DNA of 44,152 nt, from assembly GCF_001194135.2 (NCBI RefSeq), contig NC_068981.1, positions 170,026,878 to 170,071,029 on the forward strand. Reading direction: 5' to 3'. The notes under the pieces are model-generated. The model saw nothing but the letters and a program-made list of their open reading frames with translations. It was not told the DNA's origin and did no database searches. Each line of letters starts with the position of its first letter. Position 1 is the first letter of the stretch. Origin of the DNA: Octopus bimaculoides. Taxonomy: Eukaryota. Shown here piece by piece: positions 25,268 through 36,510 of the stretch. Position numbers and translations under genes: made by a program.

Positions 25268-25665
25268 AAATGGTGAGGAGTGGCAAATAGCCAGAAAAAG
25301 AAGGAGGAAAAGTGGAAAAAAGAACAAAGTCAAACACCAACAAAGCAGGGAGATTCACAACTCCCGAAAACACTTCCAACTCTAACACAAACAACACCAA
25401 TAATAACAGTACAAAAACAATGCTCACAGCGATAAACACAAAAAACACAGAGTTGATGAAATACATCAACTCAAAAACAAACATCACACAAAACGACATT
25501 AAAACAAATAACCACCCATACACAACACCACCAGAACACATCAAAATTTACCATCTCACCAACATTGCACCACACACTAAAATCCCTTTACACCAATGCG
25601 GTAGTGGGGTGTCAAAAAATATCTGTCTGAAAAAATTGTACAGCAGCCTCCTTGGTGAAGAGTGA
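25268..25665 (+). mobile_element. Possible ORF1 C-terminal remnant of the adjacent L1/Tx1-like LINE
   Basis: EEWQIARKRRRK basic motif and N/T-rich low-complexity frame directly upstream of ORF2; the assignment is positional inference. Confidence 0.4.
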
Positions 25666-25747
25666 AAGGAAGAAATAGAACTTTCGAACGGTAAGTAGCT
25701 CTCTGTTCGTTTCGTTTGTGTTTTAAAGCCCACAACTCAATAGGATC

Positions 25748-27155
25748 ATGGTCAAAATTGGTTGTGTAAATGCGCGTGGCTTGGGGTCACCTTGGAAACA
25801 AGGTTACCTCTTAAATTACATAAAGTCATAATTTGGGAATCATAGCCATAAGTGAGACCAGACTCCATGAGCCACGGGGCCTAAAGTCCATGTTTGGCAG
25901 ACAGTTTAACATTTTTTTTCTCCTTGTCTGCCGAGGATGGGTGGTAGTGGCACAGCGGTACTCTTTCGCAAGATTCTGGATCTCGAAGTCAAGAGGATAA
26001 TTGTAGACCCGGAGGGTAGACTGGTTGTCCTGGGTGTAGACGACAGCGATGGGTGCGCTTTTCGACTCCTAGCAGTCTATGTACCACCTTTAACAGGCCG
26101 GCCGGATATCTTCCAGTATTCCTGGGAACGTCTCGTCCTTTACTTTTAGTGGGGATTGGAATGCTACCTTGGACACGCATCTAGACTACGTGGTGAGAGA
26201 CAGTACTAGAAGGGGATGCAAATGCTTCAGAGACCTGCTCAGACGCTTTCAGCTGTCTGACAGGTACCGACTCGACCACCCAAATGTGCCAACGTGGACA
26301 TGGAGCAACCGCATTGGGTCATCGAGATCGTATCTAGATAGGATACTGTGTAGGACAATATATGAAGGTAGCTTAGGATGTCCACAATTCCACACGGTTA
26401 GCTACACGGATCACAAACTTGTAACGTGTAGGCTAGACTTAGATAAGGCACATAGGCAGGGTCCCGGTTACTGGAAACTGAACGCGTCTTTCCCGTCAAG
26501 ACAGGTTTTCAGAGACCGAATTAGCACGTTAGTAAAGAGGGCTTTGAACGGGGCCATCATCAACAACAAATGGTGGTTTGCCCTCAAGAGAGCAGTAAAA
26601 GCGGAAGCAGGTAGATATAGCAAGGCACTAGCCGTAGATAGAAACAGAGTAGAGGGTGAGATAGGGAAGAAGTTAGAATAGGCATTAAGAAGCGGCATCA
26701 CATCCGACGTTTTGGCGGCGAAGTTGGCCCTTGACCAACATTTCAACGCCAAACACGGAAGATGTGCTGTCAGGGCAAGGATGCGTGCTCTAAGGAACAA
26801 AGGTGTTGAAGCCGCACGAGAGGCCCGGGTAGCGGAGGCGCAGCGGGGCAAAAGAGCCACCATTCGGTCTCTGGTAGACGAAGAGGGGCACGAATTGCTC
26901 GAGCCCAGCATGATGTGCGAGACGTTTCAGCGGCATTTTGCCCAACTGTTTGGGACGAGTGGCGAGCTAGAAGGCAGGGTGAACTTCAGTGCCTACCTGC
27001 ACAGCCTGCCACGACTCTCGGCAAGAGAGACAGAGTGCTCCAAAAGTGCCATCACGGCGGCGGAAGTGAGGGACGCGATGGCAGGATGCTTGAGGGACAA
27101 ATCGCCGGGTTTGGATGGTTTACCCTACGAGCTTTACAACAGTATGCCAGACTTG
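25748..27155 (+). mobile_element. L1/Tx1-clade LINE ORF2 fragment: APE endonuclease, linker and start of RT
   Basis: MVKIGCVNARGL, ISETRL, DPEGRLV, VYVP, GDWNATLD, TWTWSN, SYLDRI, SYTDHKLV, GPGYWKLN, KSPGLDGLPYELY; several frameshifts and stops; ends abruptly at the start of RT. Confidence 0.92.
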
Positions 27156-27720
27156 ACTGGAGTCGTCTTGGGTATTGTCCTTCCATTTTCATTTTTATTT
27201 CTATATATATATATATATATTTTTCCTTTTTTTTTCTTCTCTCTTTTTTCTCTTGCTTGATTCACCCCTAAACTGCTTTCCTTATTACCTAACATACCTT
27301 CCTCTAAATTGAAATTACAGCTATCTTACCCCTCCTTCTAGAAAGAAGAACAAATAGAATATATAGAATTTAAATTCCTGTTTGGTTCACTAGACTGTTA
27401 ATTAACAGCCCAGTCATCTCCTACTCTTGTATTTGCACACATTTACAAAATAACTTTCTGAAATTAACTTCCATTATGCAGGTGAGGAGTACATTTTCAT
27501 TGCACATCTTATGTGGTGTTCTCACTACATAAATAAAGGAAGTTCGTACAAAACGTACGTACTGCTATAACCTAATACATTTGTGTTGCTTTTCTTCGAA
27601 TTTTATTCACCAAATATCTTTGTTTTGTTCTTGGTTTTTACCCTACCAAATTCCGGTGCCCCAAACATTTTAAGTACCACATTTAATCTTTTGATTAAAT
27701 CTATCTATATATATATATAT

Positions 27721-28150
27721 GACGGATTCTTTCGTGAACGACATGAGAGTTCAGCAAAATAAAGAGGTAATCATGTTCTATGGACACGAATGTATCACTT
27801 GAGGACTGCTGGTGTGCCTTGTAAACATTTTGGGAAATGGAACTAGGTGAGGACTCAGGTTGCTCGACTGCTTCTGGGTCATTTACTATGTATTTCCTTG
27901 AGTGGATGGCAAGTCCTGCTTTACTTCATGCCACAAAACCACAATGGCAGGTAAGGTTTCGATTTAGAGGAGCATCATTTTGCCAGCGCGCCTTCATGTT
28001 TGCATGAAGTTGGTTCCGATGTTGGAATCGATTTTACTCAAATCTTTGAACGGAGAAGAAGCAGGACTGGGGCCAGGTCCTGCGTTCTGCCGCTTTATTT
28101 TCTCATAGATTTTAATGTTTGTTTTACGTGCAGTTATAACTGAAACAATG
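27721..28150 (-). mobile_element. Probable RTE-clade LINE 3' end
   Basis: Minus-strand LTCHCGFVA*SKAGLAIHSRK resembles the terminal CxxC..GLxxHxR motif of RTE ORFs; short 3' UTR ends directly in an (AT)n tail at 27720. Confidence 0.55.
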
Positions 28151-28208
28151 TTACTTTAATTTGCAGCGCTGCTTTATACTCCTGTAGAGTACAATTTATT
28201 ATTTTTAT

Positions 28209-28319
28209 ACAAGAATGTTGTTGACAGTGACTTCGAAGTTTCGGCTAGCTACCCCATCCTCGGACTACCGATGGGTTAGCTGGCCAAATCTGCGAAATCA
28301 CTATTAACAACGTTCTTGT
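28209..28319. repeat. Imperfect 50-bp inverted repeat with 11-nt loop (long hairpin)
   Basis: 28210-28258 vs revcomp of 28270-28318: 40/49 identical by eye. Confidence 0.93.
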
Positions 28320-29446
28320 TCAAGAGTAATACATACATAATACATATGTGTGTTTGTGTGTATAGATATATAGCTATATACATACATACATGTGTGCGCC
28401 TGTGCATGTATACTAAGAGCTGTAATGTAGTAGCCAAACATACTGTAAATCGGTATTATAGTTGTTAAAGACAGACTGTTCCTTGGTACACTATAATTTC
28501 ATTCTGTTCTTTGCTTTGCCGATGAAATTTGGGTAGTTTTCTGGCGTTACGCAATTGAGAATATATTTTCGTTAACGATATACTTCTTCTCATTGCAGTT
28601 AAATTTTCAATTCATTAACCTTTATTTCTTCCATGTCTAAAACGCTAATCTATATATTCCTTACGTAGTTGTATAACAACATTATTTTCAATTTTCCAAT
28701 GAAGACAAACAAAAATGATTAGCTCTCATCCTCGAAATATGATTGAATTCCTAATACATGTTGAAGTTCTTTTCGTTGCTCCCTGTAGGAATATATTCTC
28801 ATTACCGATAATGAATATTCAGCTTATTACTGTTACGTGTTTCCTTGATAAATAATTACTTTCACTATAGCACGTGAAATGTGGTAATCTATAGAACTAC
28901 AGATAATACATAATTACATATATATTCATGCGCATACGGACTCACACAGACTCACACATATTTTCATTATCCATACACGTTATATCTTACGTATAATATA
29001 TGTGTATGTCTGTGTATGCAAGTGGGAGTATGTGTTAGCATATGTTAATATTGTTAGAAATCATAGGTCTTTGATTTGAAAATCTGTCCTTTTCCAACGT
29101 AACTGTGTCACTTAAGGACTCTCTTCCATCGATATAAATCATATTCCTGTGAACTACTTTACACCCTTTGCAGTAGTAGCTGTGGAGGATAAAACGCAGT
29201 ACTTTTGCGATGTTCCATGCAAGGATCTGGAAACTTGAACTCGTTATTGGACCATGTACCAATTTACTTGCTGATCTCAAAAAGACACGAATCTTTATTG
29301 GGTTTTGAAACCCAAGCGCACTTTTCACATTTAAAAGTTAATTTTATTCATTTTACGTCGTACTTTGCATGAGAAAGAACGTTAGCAACAATTAAGGCTA
29401 TCTGTCCTATGAATAACTCTTATTCTCTTTACAAACAGAGATACTT

Positions 29447-29552
29447 GCTTACGGCCATATCACGTTGAACGCATAGGTTCTTGTCCGTTCACTGAAGTTA
29501 CACAACGTTCAATACTTAGATGGGTGACTGCTTGGGTAACCTAAGTGCTGTA
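29447..29552 (+). pseudogene. 5S rRNA-derived sequence (diverged, about 10-nt internal deletion)
   Basis: GCTTACGGCCATATCACGTTGAA...GGTTCTTGTCCGTTCACTGAAGTTA..CAACGT...TACTTAGATGGGTGACTGCTTGGG..ACC..GTGCTGTA aligns colinearly with mollusc-type 5S rRNA; A-box and C-box remnants are recognisable. Confidence 0.9.
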
Positions 29553-29612
29553 TTTCGCATTTACAAGGCGATGCACCACCATTGTCACAGTCTAATGACT
29601 GAACAAGTATAA
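29447..29612 (+). mobile_element. Candidate 5S-headed SINE (SINE3-like) or 5S/SINE chimeric retrocopy
   Basis: 5S head followed by AAGGCGATGCACCACCATTGTCACAGTCTAATGACTGAACAAGTA, homologous to the 3' tail of the SINE at 9905-10448. Confidence 0.65.
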
Positions 29613-31329
29613 CATTAAGTTTCACATAAAAATAAGTAAGGAATCCGATGCGTTTAAACTTTATTGAAGGACTTTCAGTGTAAAAGGAAGCTAGAACGCA
29701 GAACGCATAACACTTCAAGGATTTCTCTACCTACATTGTTAATGCTCTTTCGCAGGTGAATGTATCAATTCTCAAATCCTCCGAGTGGTTTCTAATGTAT
29801 TTGCATTTGTGAGGCTTTACGTTTTAGCCGCAACATATTGCTGAAATAAATTTTGTCGATAATGCAATGAATAAAAAACTGGTCAGGCGGATTATGAAAT
29901 GAAATGAATAAAAATTCTCGCATAAAACTTTTTTGCTCAATCCAATCTCAAGAAAAATAAATACTATTTAGCTTCTCGATGGATGTATGAGAAAATATTG
30001 AAAGAATTGTAATCATCATGTTCCTCATTAATTTTTTGAAGTCTCCTGTTTCTGAATTTCAAGATAATATCTCTCTCTTGCCATGTTTTTATTCTTTAAA
30101 AGTTGCTGATTGTTTTGGGGGAGCATTAAAACATCGTTGATATTCCCTACCAGGACGATTGTTTATCGCAAGAGATGTTTCAACAGCAAAATGAAAGTTC
30201 TTTACATAGCCCCCTACCCTCTATAACATATTCCTTGCAACATTAATAGTTACATAAATCTTTAAACCTTGATAATCTTCATACCTTTCTGAGAATGATG
30301 TGTCAAACCACCGAAGTACATAACTACAGCAACGACCTAATTCTGTGGTGCACTATTTTGAAACTTTGGAAGCGGGCATCAAGCTCTTTTCATTGATGAT
30401 ATTAGCTTCAGATGACATCATTTGTAATGTACAATATTAGACGATATTGACTTAAAGGAAACGCTTGGTCTCTGAAATTGTGACAGTTAGCAGCATTTTC
30501 AAGATTTTGAAGTCAAGAGCGGCACGTTCCAGCTGTCTTTCACCCCAACTTTTTTACACAGAATGGAATCAACAGAGACAATAATATCAGGTTTATGACC
30601 ATGATGAGTCGGGTCATGATATAAGATCATTATTCGATGTTTTTAGGTAAATTTTGCTCTTCTTTAGTAATATCTAGTCCACTTATAGCTGGTATTATCA
30701 TTGAGGCTCACATTCTAGGTGAAAATGTTTCGGTTCACGAATGCTGTTTTCTTCGAGCATTTCATATCTCAGTTCTCTTATAGCTTGCTTTTGACGGTTC
30801 GCTTTACGTATTGTGTTTTTCTTAATACTTTGTTGTCTGTGTTTTTATGTAACTTGTTTACGATGAATTGCTTCAAGTATTCTAGTTTCTTCAAACCACT
30901 TTTGCTTCTGTTACTGATTATCTAGCTCGCAACTTTTAAGCAACATCTTGTATAATGGTTACGGAAATAAGTTGATTGTCTATTTGAATGTATTGTATAT
31001 TAACTTCGAAATCTGCATGTTATAATTATTTGACACATGTGATAATTAAATGGTGTTAGCGTGTAATTATATCTTTACGCATGCGTATATACTCAAGATG
31101 CGTAACAACCGAGATAAAATAGCCTTATTTATAAATAGATAGAGAAAGAAAATGAAGCAGAGACGGTGGTGAATAGGTAATCGGGAATTGCATTTACATA
31201 AATACAGTGTGATTGTGAGTTTGTTGCATGTGCGTACGAGATGTTTATGTGTATGTGTGTATGCATGAGCGCTTGTATATGTGTGTGTGTATTTACGATT
31301 ACGCCAGACAAACAAAACTATTGTTGTTG

Positions 31330-31455
31330 TTTAGAATAAGATTATAGCAGCTTGGGGACCAGGCTGAGTGAAGTGTTAGATATGACTAGTTAAAAATTCA
31401 GGAAGACGTTCCAACAGCATTGTCACAGTTCAGTGACTTGACACCAAAGATAAAA
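31330..31455 (+). mobile_element. Degenerate SINE 3' half (family C-type tail)
   Basis: AGAATAAG...CAGCATTGTCACAGTTCAGTGACTTGACACCAAAGATAAAA resembles the family C tail. Confidence 0.4.
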
Positions 31456-32523
31456 CACCCACACTCATAGAAGTCTACCTTTGATTTATATGTGTATACT
31501 AAATAACAGATTACAAAACTTTTTAATAAAAAGTTTACCAAACGGTTTAGAAGCAGGTAAACTAAACTGTATAACAAGTTAACTAAATTATTTAATAACA
31601 CTAATACATACATATATGGGTGTGTACACTGTACATTCCACTGGTAGTTTAAATATTCCTTCCTAGGTGTGTATTTAAGTATATGTGTATGCATTTTCAT
31701 ACATGTCTGCGTTCATTTAAACAAATGCTATAACATTATATGCATGAAATCACATATATCCATGTACCCATTCACCCTGACGTAAGTATACAGACAATAG
31801 ATAAATATCATATATAGTTATATAGATATAAACAGAGAGAAGCTGAAACACATAAAAGAATGTGATGCTACATACTAAACACACACACACACATTACACT
31901 TAGACACATACGTAAGTACATTTAAATGACCTACATGCTGTCATGTTCAACAACGTCCAATCTAAATCAGATGTTACTAACCTTCATTGCAACGTAGCGT
32001 TCTATAACTATAGATAATTCACAGTCAACTTGACGCGCTAAATCTGTATTGATTCTATGAACAGAGACTCTGAGACAATTTTTTAATGGAGCCATGCCAA
32101 TCTTACTTCTTTCGACTCAAGAAAGTTGTTAAGAAAGACATAAGTACTGTTCATATCAAGAAAACATCATCACATCAGACTTCCCTTAAATGTAAGCAGT
32201 ATGCAACTAGACCTTTCACATTTTTTCTCAACATAAGCCCTAATTGTCGCCGAGAATACAGAAACACAAATCTAATATAACGTGGCCTACACTCCAGGTA
32301 CTGTATGTTGCCTTCAGGTTCAAAATATAAAGCAAACTACACAAATAAGTAAAACTTTCAGAATCTCAGTTCAGGCCAACAATTGAACATTACTCTCAGA
32401 GTATGATGCTATTTGCACAGATATACTAAATCGCATACCCCCACCCCCAAAAAGCTATCTTATTAACTCACATAAAATCTCCTGTAGATAGGCGCCACCC
32501 TCTTGCTCATATGCATGCTGTGT

Positions 32524-32524
<1 letters not shown>

Positions 32525-32558
<34 letters not shown>
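32525..32558. repeat. (CT)n microsatellite
   Basis: Direct reading. Confidence 0.95.
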
Positions 32559-32559
<1 letters not shown>

Positions 32560-32597
32560 CGAGCCCACCAAACTGTTATTATCATGATGTTTCATAA

Positions 32598-32814
32598 GGT
32601 GGCGAGCTGGCAGAATCGTTAGCATGCTGGACGAAATGCTTAGCGATATTTCGCCCGTTGCTACGTTCTGAATTCAAATTCCGCCGAAGTTGACTTTGCC
32701 TTTCATCTTTTCGGGGTCGATAAATTAAGTAACAGTAAGACGCTGGGGTCGATGTAATCTATTAGCCCCCTCCCACAAAATTTCAGGGCTTGTGCCTTTA
32801 GTAGAAAGGATTAC
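32598..32814 (+). mobile_element. tRNA-derived SINE, family A
   Basis: GGCGAGCTGGCAGAATCGTTAGCATGCTGGACGAAATGCTTAG...GAATTCAAATTCC...GGGGTCGATAAATTAAGTA...CTGGGGTCGAT; homologous to 5348-5600 with a different 3' end. Confidence 0.88.
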
Positions 32815-33081
32815 TATGAAGTTTGTTTCCCGAAAACGTTCAGCCTTTTGTTCTATCTCCTCCACCGTTCCCGGCTAACTTATCTCTAACCTTTTATTTT
32901 GCATATTATGTCGAACTTATCCCAGCCGCTCTATCCAGTTCTTGTTCATTAAAATATTTGTTCTCTTCAAACATCCAATCTGCGCGTGTTTTTCCTGCAA
33001 CTAACAATTTTAAGCGGAATATGAGTGTCATCAATCAGCCCTGCTATCAATACGGATCTGAGTATGTATCAGTATGTATGC

Positions 33082-33260
<179 letters not shown>

Positions 33261-33569
33261 TTTGTGGTGGTATGTATTTGTATATGCATAAGGAAGAAGA
33301 CAGTATGAAAAATATATGCCAGGGGTCGTCCTTTGCTATTTAATGATCTAACTCACCTGCACAATAACGTAATTGAATCCAAATTTCGAGCGAGTAAAAT
33401 TTCAACGTTCTCTGCACTGGCCACTGGGAAAATGAACTTTTATTAACGTAAAAACATAAATATCTCCAGTTGTCTAACTTGCAAAGTTTCTTACCATTAA
33501 ATCAATAAAATCACTTATTCACTGAGTGATTTAATTTTTCATGAAATTTTATTTTCTCTCAATTGCTTC

Positions 33570-34488
33570 TTGCGATAATAAATTGTGATATACGATAATG
33601 AATTTTCTTCTCATCAATGCTGCTATAATTGTAAAAGATTAAAGACTGCTACTTTTAATTTTGCGCATGCGCATTGTTTGTTTTAGATTTTGTCTACTAC
33701 AAAGTATAATAAGAGCAGTTGGGTACTGTCCGTGAGAAAAACAACACCCTGACACGATTCACTCTGCCAGATATTTGGAAACGACATGCTGTAGTGCTTG
33801 GCATTAACGCTGGAAGCTCCAATACGTTCATTTCAGCGTGTTTGGATGTCAACCTGAGGACAATGCAAGGCATGTACCGAGAGTTATAAAAATCAAACAT
33901 CCAGTCAACATCATGGTGTTCGGAGTGAATACAAGTGATGGCAACATTATATCTCTACTCATGGCCTCAGACTCAACACGGAGGCCCACATTAGCTGCTT
34001 GGAGGAGGTAGTGCTGCCCTGAGTCAAGAGGATGGCTGCTGGAAAACCCTATGTCAGGCAGCCAAAGTCTGCACCATGTGACACAAGCAGGAAAACCCAG
34101 TCATGGCTGTCAGACAATTTCTGCGACCACACCATTCCTAACATCTGGATACCTAATTCTGCAGACTGCAACCCCCTTGATTATTATGTGTGGGGCGCAG
34201 TTGAGCAAGAGGCCAACAAAATTCCTTCTAACACCAAAGATGAACTGAAGTCAAATATCATGGCAGCATTCACCACCTTAAAAAAGGAGACCGCCCAGAA
34301 GAGTTGCAAGAGATTCTGAAATCGTCTGGAGGCCGTGGTTGAAACCAATGGCAATTTTATTGAATAAATTTACTGTATAGTATTTCAAGCTATTTTAATG
34401 TAATTTGGGTAAATATATCTGTTAAAATGAGATGTTAGTGTTATTTTCCTTCTCGTGTAATGTAGACGACAACCTATTCACTGCACCC
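33570..34488 (+). mobile_element. Internally deleted Tc1/mariner DD37D (maT-type) element
   Basis: TRFTLPDIWKRHAVVLG (N-term) fused to KIKHPVNIMVFGV, LRLNTEA, SAPC...NSADCNPLDYYVWG (37-residue spacing to the final D), NGNFIE* at 34367. Right TIR-like end ...TTCACTGCACCC followed by TA; left end poorly defined. Confidence 0.88.
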
Positions 34489-34689
34489 TATAAATATTTA
34501 TATATATGCACAGATATGACAAGAGTAAATAGACACCTCATAATCTTTAAAATTTATTTAAATCTGAAATTATACATTCAAATTATTCATTAACTGTCAT
34601 AACGTGAATATTAAATATTCATTACACATGCTCTTTGCGTTTTTCAATGCAAAGACCCTATTAGTCATGTTACTGATTAGATTACGAAT

Positions 34690-35292
34690 ATTCACTTTAA
34701 AATGTTTTGGCTAGTTTCGTGCAGTAATCTCAGAAAATCTGGCTTTGAAGATACTTTCTTGTTCTTTTTATGACGTGTCCTATCCATTATATCCCACAGG
34801 TGTACAATAGGGCTCATATCTGGTGATTGGCTTGTCCATGGAAACTTTTTATTGCCATCCTCAACCAAGAAATCTTGGGTCATTTTAGCCACGTGACAAG
34901 GAGCCTGATCTTCCATAAATAAACAGTCGTCTTTAATCATTTCACCACAGGAGAAGATTGAAAGGAGTTCTTCCTACAATATGGACCCATATTTATCTGA
35001 ATTTGTTTCCCTTACACTCCACCAGCTCTGATCAACCCCTGCTCCAAATTGCTCCCCAAACCATCACAAAATAGCAGGCGTTTCATTGTCGGCTGCAATC
35101 TTTTCATATCGAATTCTCGATCACTGAGTATCCAGACAACACTCGGCCACTGTCAGGAAATACAGCAAATTTGAACTCAATAGAGAACATAACTGCGTCC
35201 CAAAATGTTGGTGGCCTCTCTACCGTCTCACTGGCCCAATCTTTTCTCTGCTTGATTTTGGCTGGTCGAAGAAGTTACTTCCTTCTTGCTGC
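34690..35292 (-). mobile_element. Tc1 (DD34E-type) transposase fragment
   Basis: Minus strand AARRK*LL, WDAVMFSIEFKF (FSDESKF-like), VMVWGAIW, FMEDQAPCH, WTSQSPDMSPIVHLW. Confidence 0.88.
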
Positions 35293-35295
35293 TTT

Positions 35296-36150
35296 ATCAT
35301 AGTAACCAAGTTTGTGGAGATACTTTACAGCTGTTCAAAAATCCAAGCTTCAGAATTTTTCCTCTCTATCAATTCAGGGACCATACAACCTGTAGCCAAC
35401 GAGTTAGTAAAGAGTCTCTCTTTATTACAAAATACAGACCTCTTTTGAACGCATCTACAACAAATGACATATCCACCACAACCTTAGAATAACACACAGG
35501 CAAATATTAAAAAGGATACATTCAAAAGAGATACTAAAGAATTCATTAAAAACAGTCCCAATCACCGCTATAATCCACAACGAGTCACTTTTAGGTCACG
35601 TGACCGGTTAACATCCTACTACTATCATACCATTCTGCATTCTCTTATTGTTCTTTCTCTTCTTTTCTGTCTCCTTCTTCTTCGTCTTCTTCTTCCTCTC
35701 CGTCACCTTTTTCCTTACTTTACTACTACTGCTGTGGAGAATAACACTTACGAAAATATAAACAATACATTCAAAAGAGATATTTCAATATTTCAATCAC
35801 TATTGCCATGCACAACAAGTCAATTTCAGGGCACGTGACAATTTAACATCCTACTACTATCATAGCTCTCCCGCATTATTTTCTTCTTATTCTTTGCCAA
35901 GAATTCACAACGACCTCGAACCCACAAGAGTAAACAAGAGAGACAGAGACAGGCAGAAACGAGGAAAATGCCCCTTGTATTTGAATACTATGCAAATATT
36001 CCTTTAAAATATTTTTCATTTAATTTTTCCAAAATTTAATTGTTTTCCATACTTACAGTTGAAAAAGTTTCAATGACCGAAACCGGTACTGAAATGTTTT
36101 TTATAAAATTATTTTAGCATTTTCTACCTTGACTTTTTTTCCATATATGT
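35296..36150 (+). mobile_element. Penelope-like element 3' end: GIY-YIG C-terminus plus long 3' terminal repeat region
   Basis: QVCGD..FRIFPLYQF..RVSKESLFITKYRPLLN parallels the C-terminus of PLE 2; followed by a diverged internal duplication and a hammerhead-like motif at 36056-36091. Confidence 0.72.
36056..36091 (+). ncRNA. Degenerate minimal hammerhead motif, U3-A8 variant
   Basis: CAG-TTGAAAA-(A)GTTTC AAT GACC-GAAA-C CG G-TA-CTG: stem I CAG/CTG, GAAA intact, CCGG palindrome, GUA triplet; stem II imperfect. Confidence 0.5.
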
Positions 36151-36183
36151 ATACATACATAGATGTGTATATGCACGCATAGA

Positions 36184-36510
36184 TTATATAACTACATCTA
36201 TATCCATACGTACATACATGTATGTGTGTATATATGTATATATATAAATATATGTGAGTTTGAGCGTGTATACGTATGTGTGTGTGTGTGCGTGTTTATA
36301 CACACACACACACACACACACAAGCACTTTTAGTAATCGTATGTCGCAATTTCCACTTAGTCGTTGAATAGTTGTGTGTGTATGTTTGTGCGCATGTCCA
36401 AGTGTGTGCGTGTGTGCGTGTGTGTGAGTCTGGCTGCATGGGTGCGCGTTAGTGCGTTTGTACGTTAGTGTGTGTGCATGCATGTGTGTGTGTGTGTGTG
36501 TGTGTGTGTA
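36184..36510. repeat. Degenerate (TA)/(TG)/(CA) microsatellite block
   Basis: Direct reading. Confidence 0.85.
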
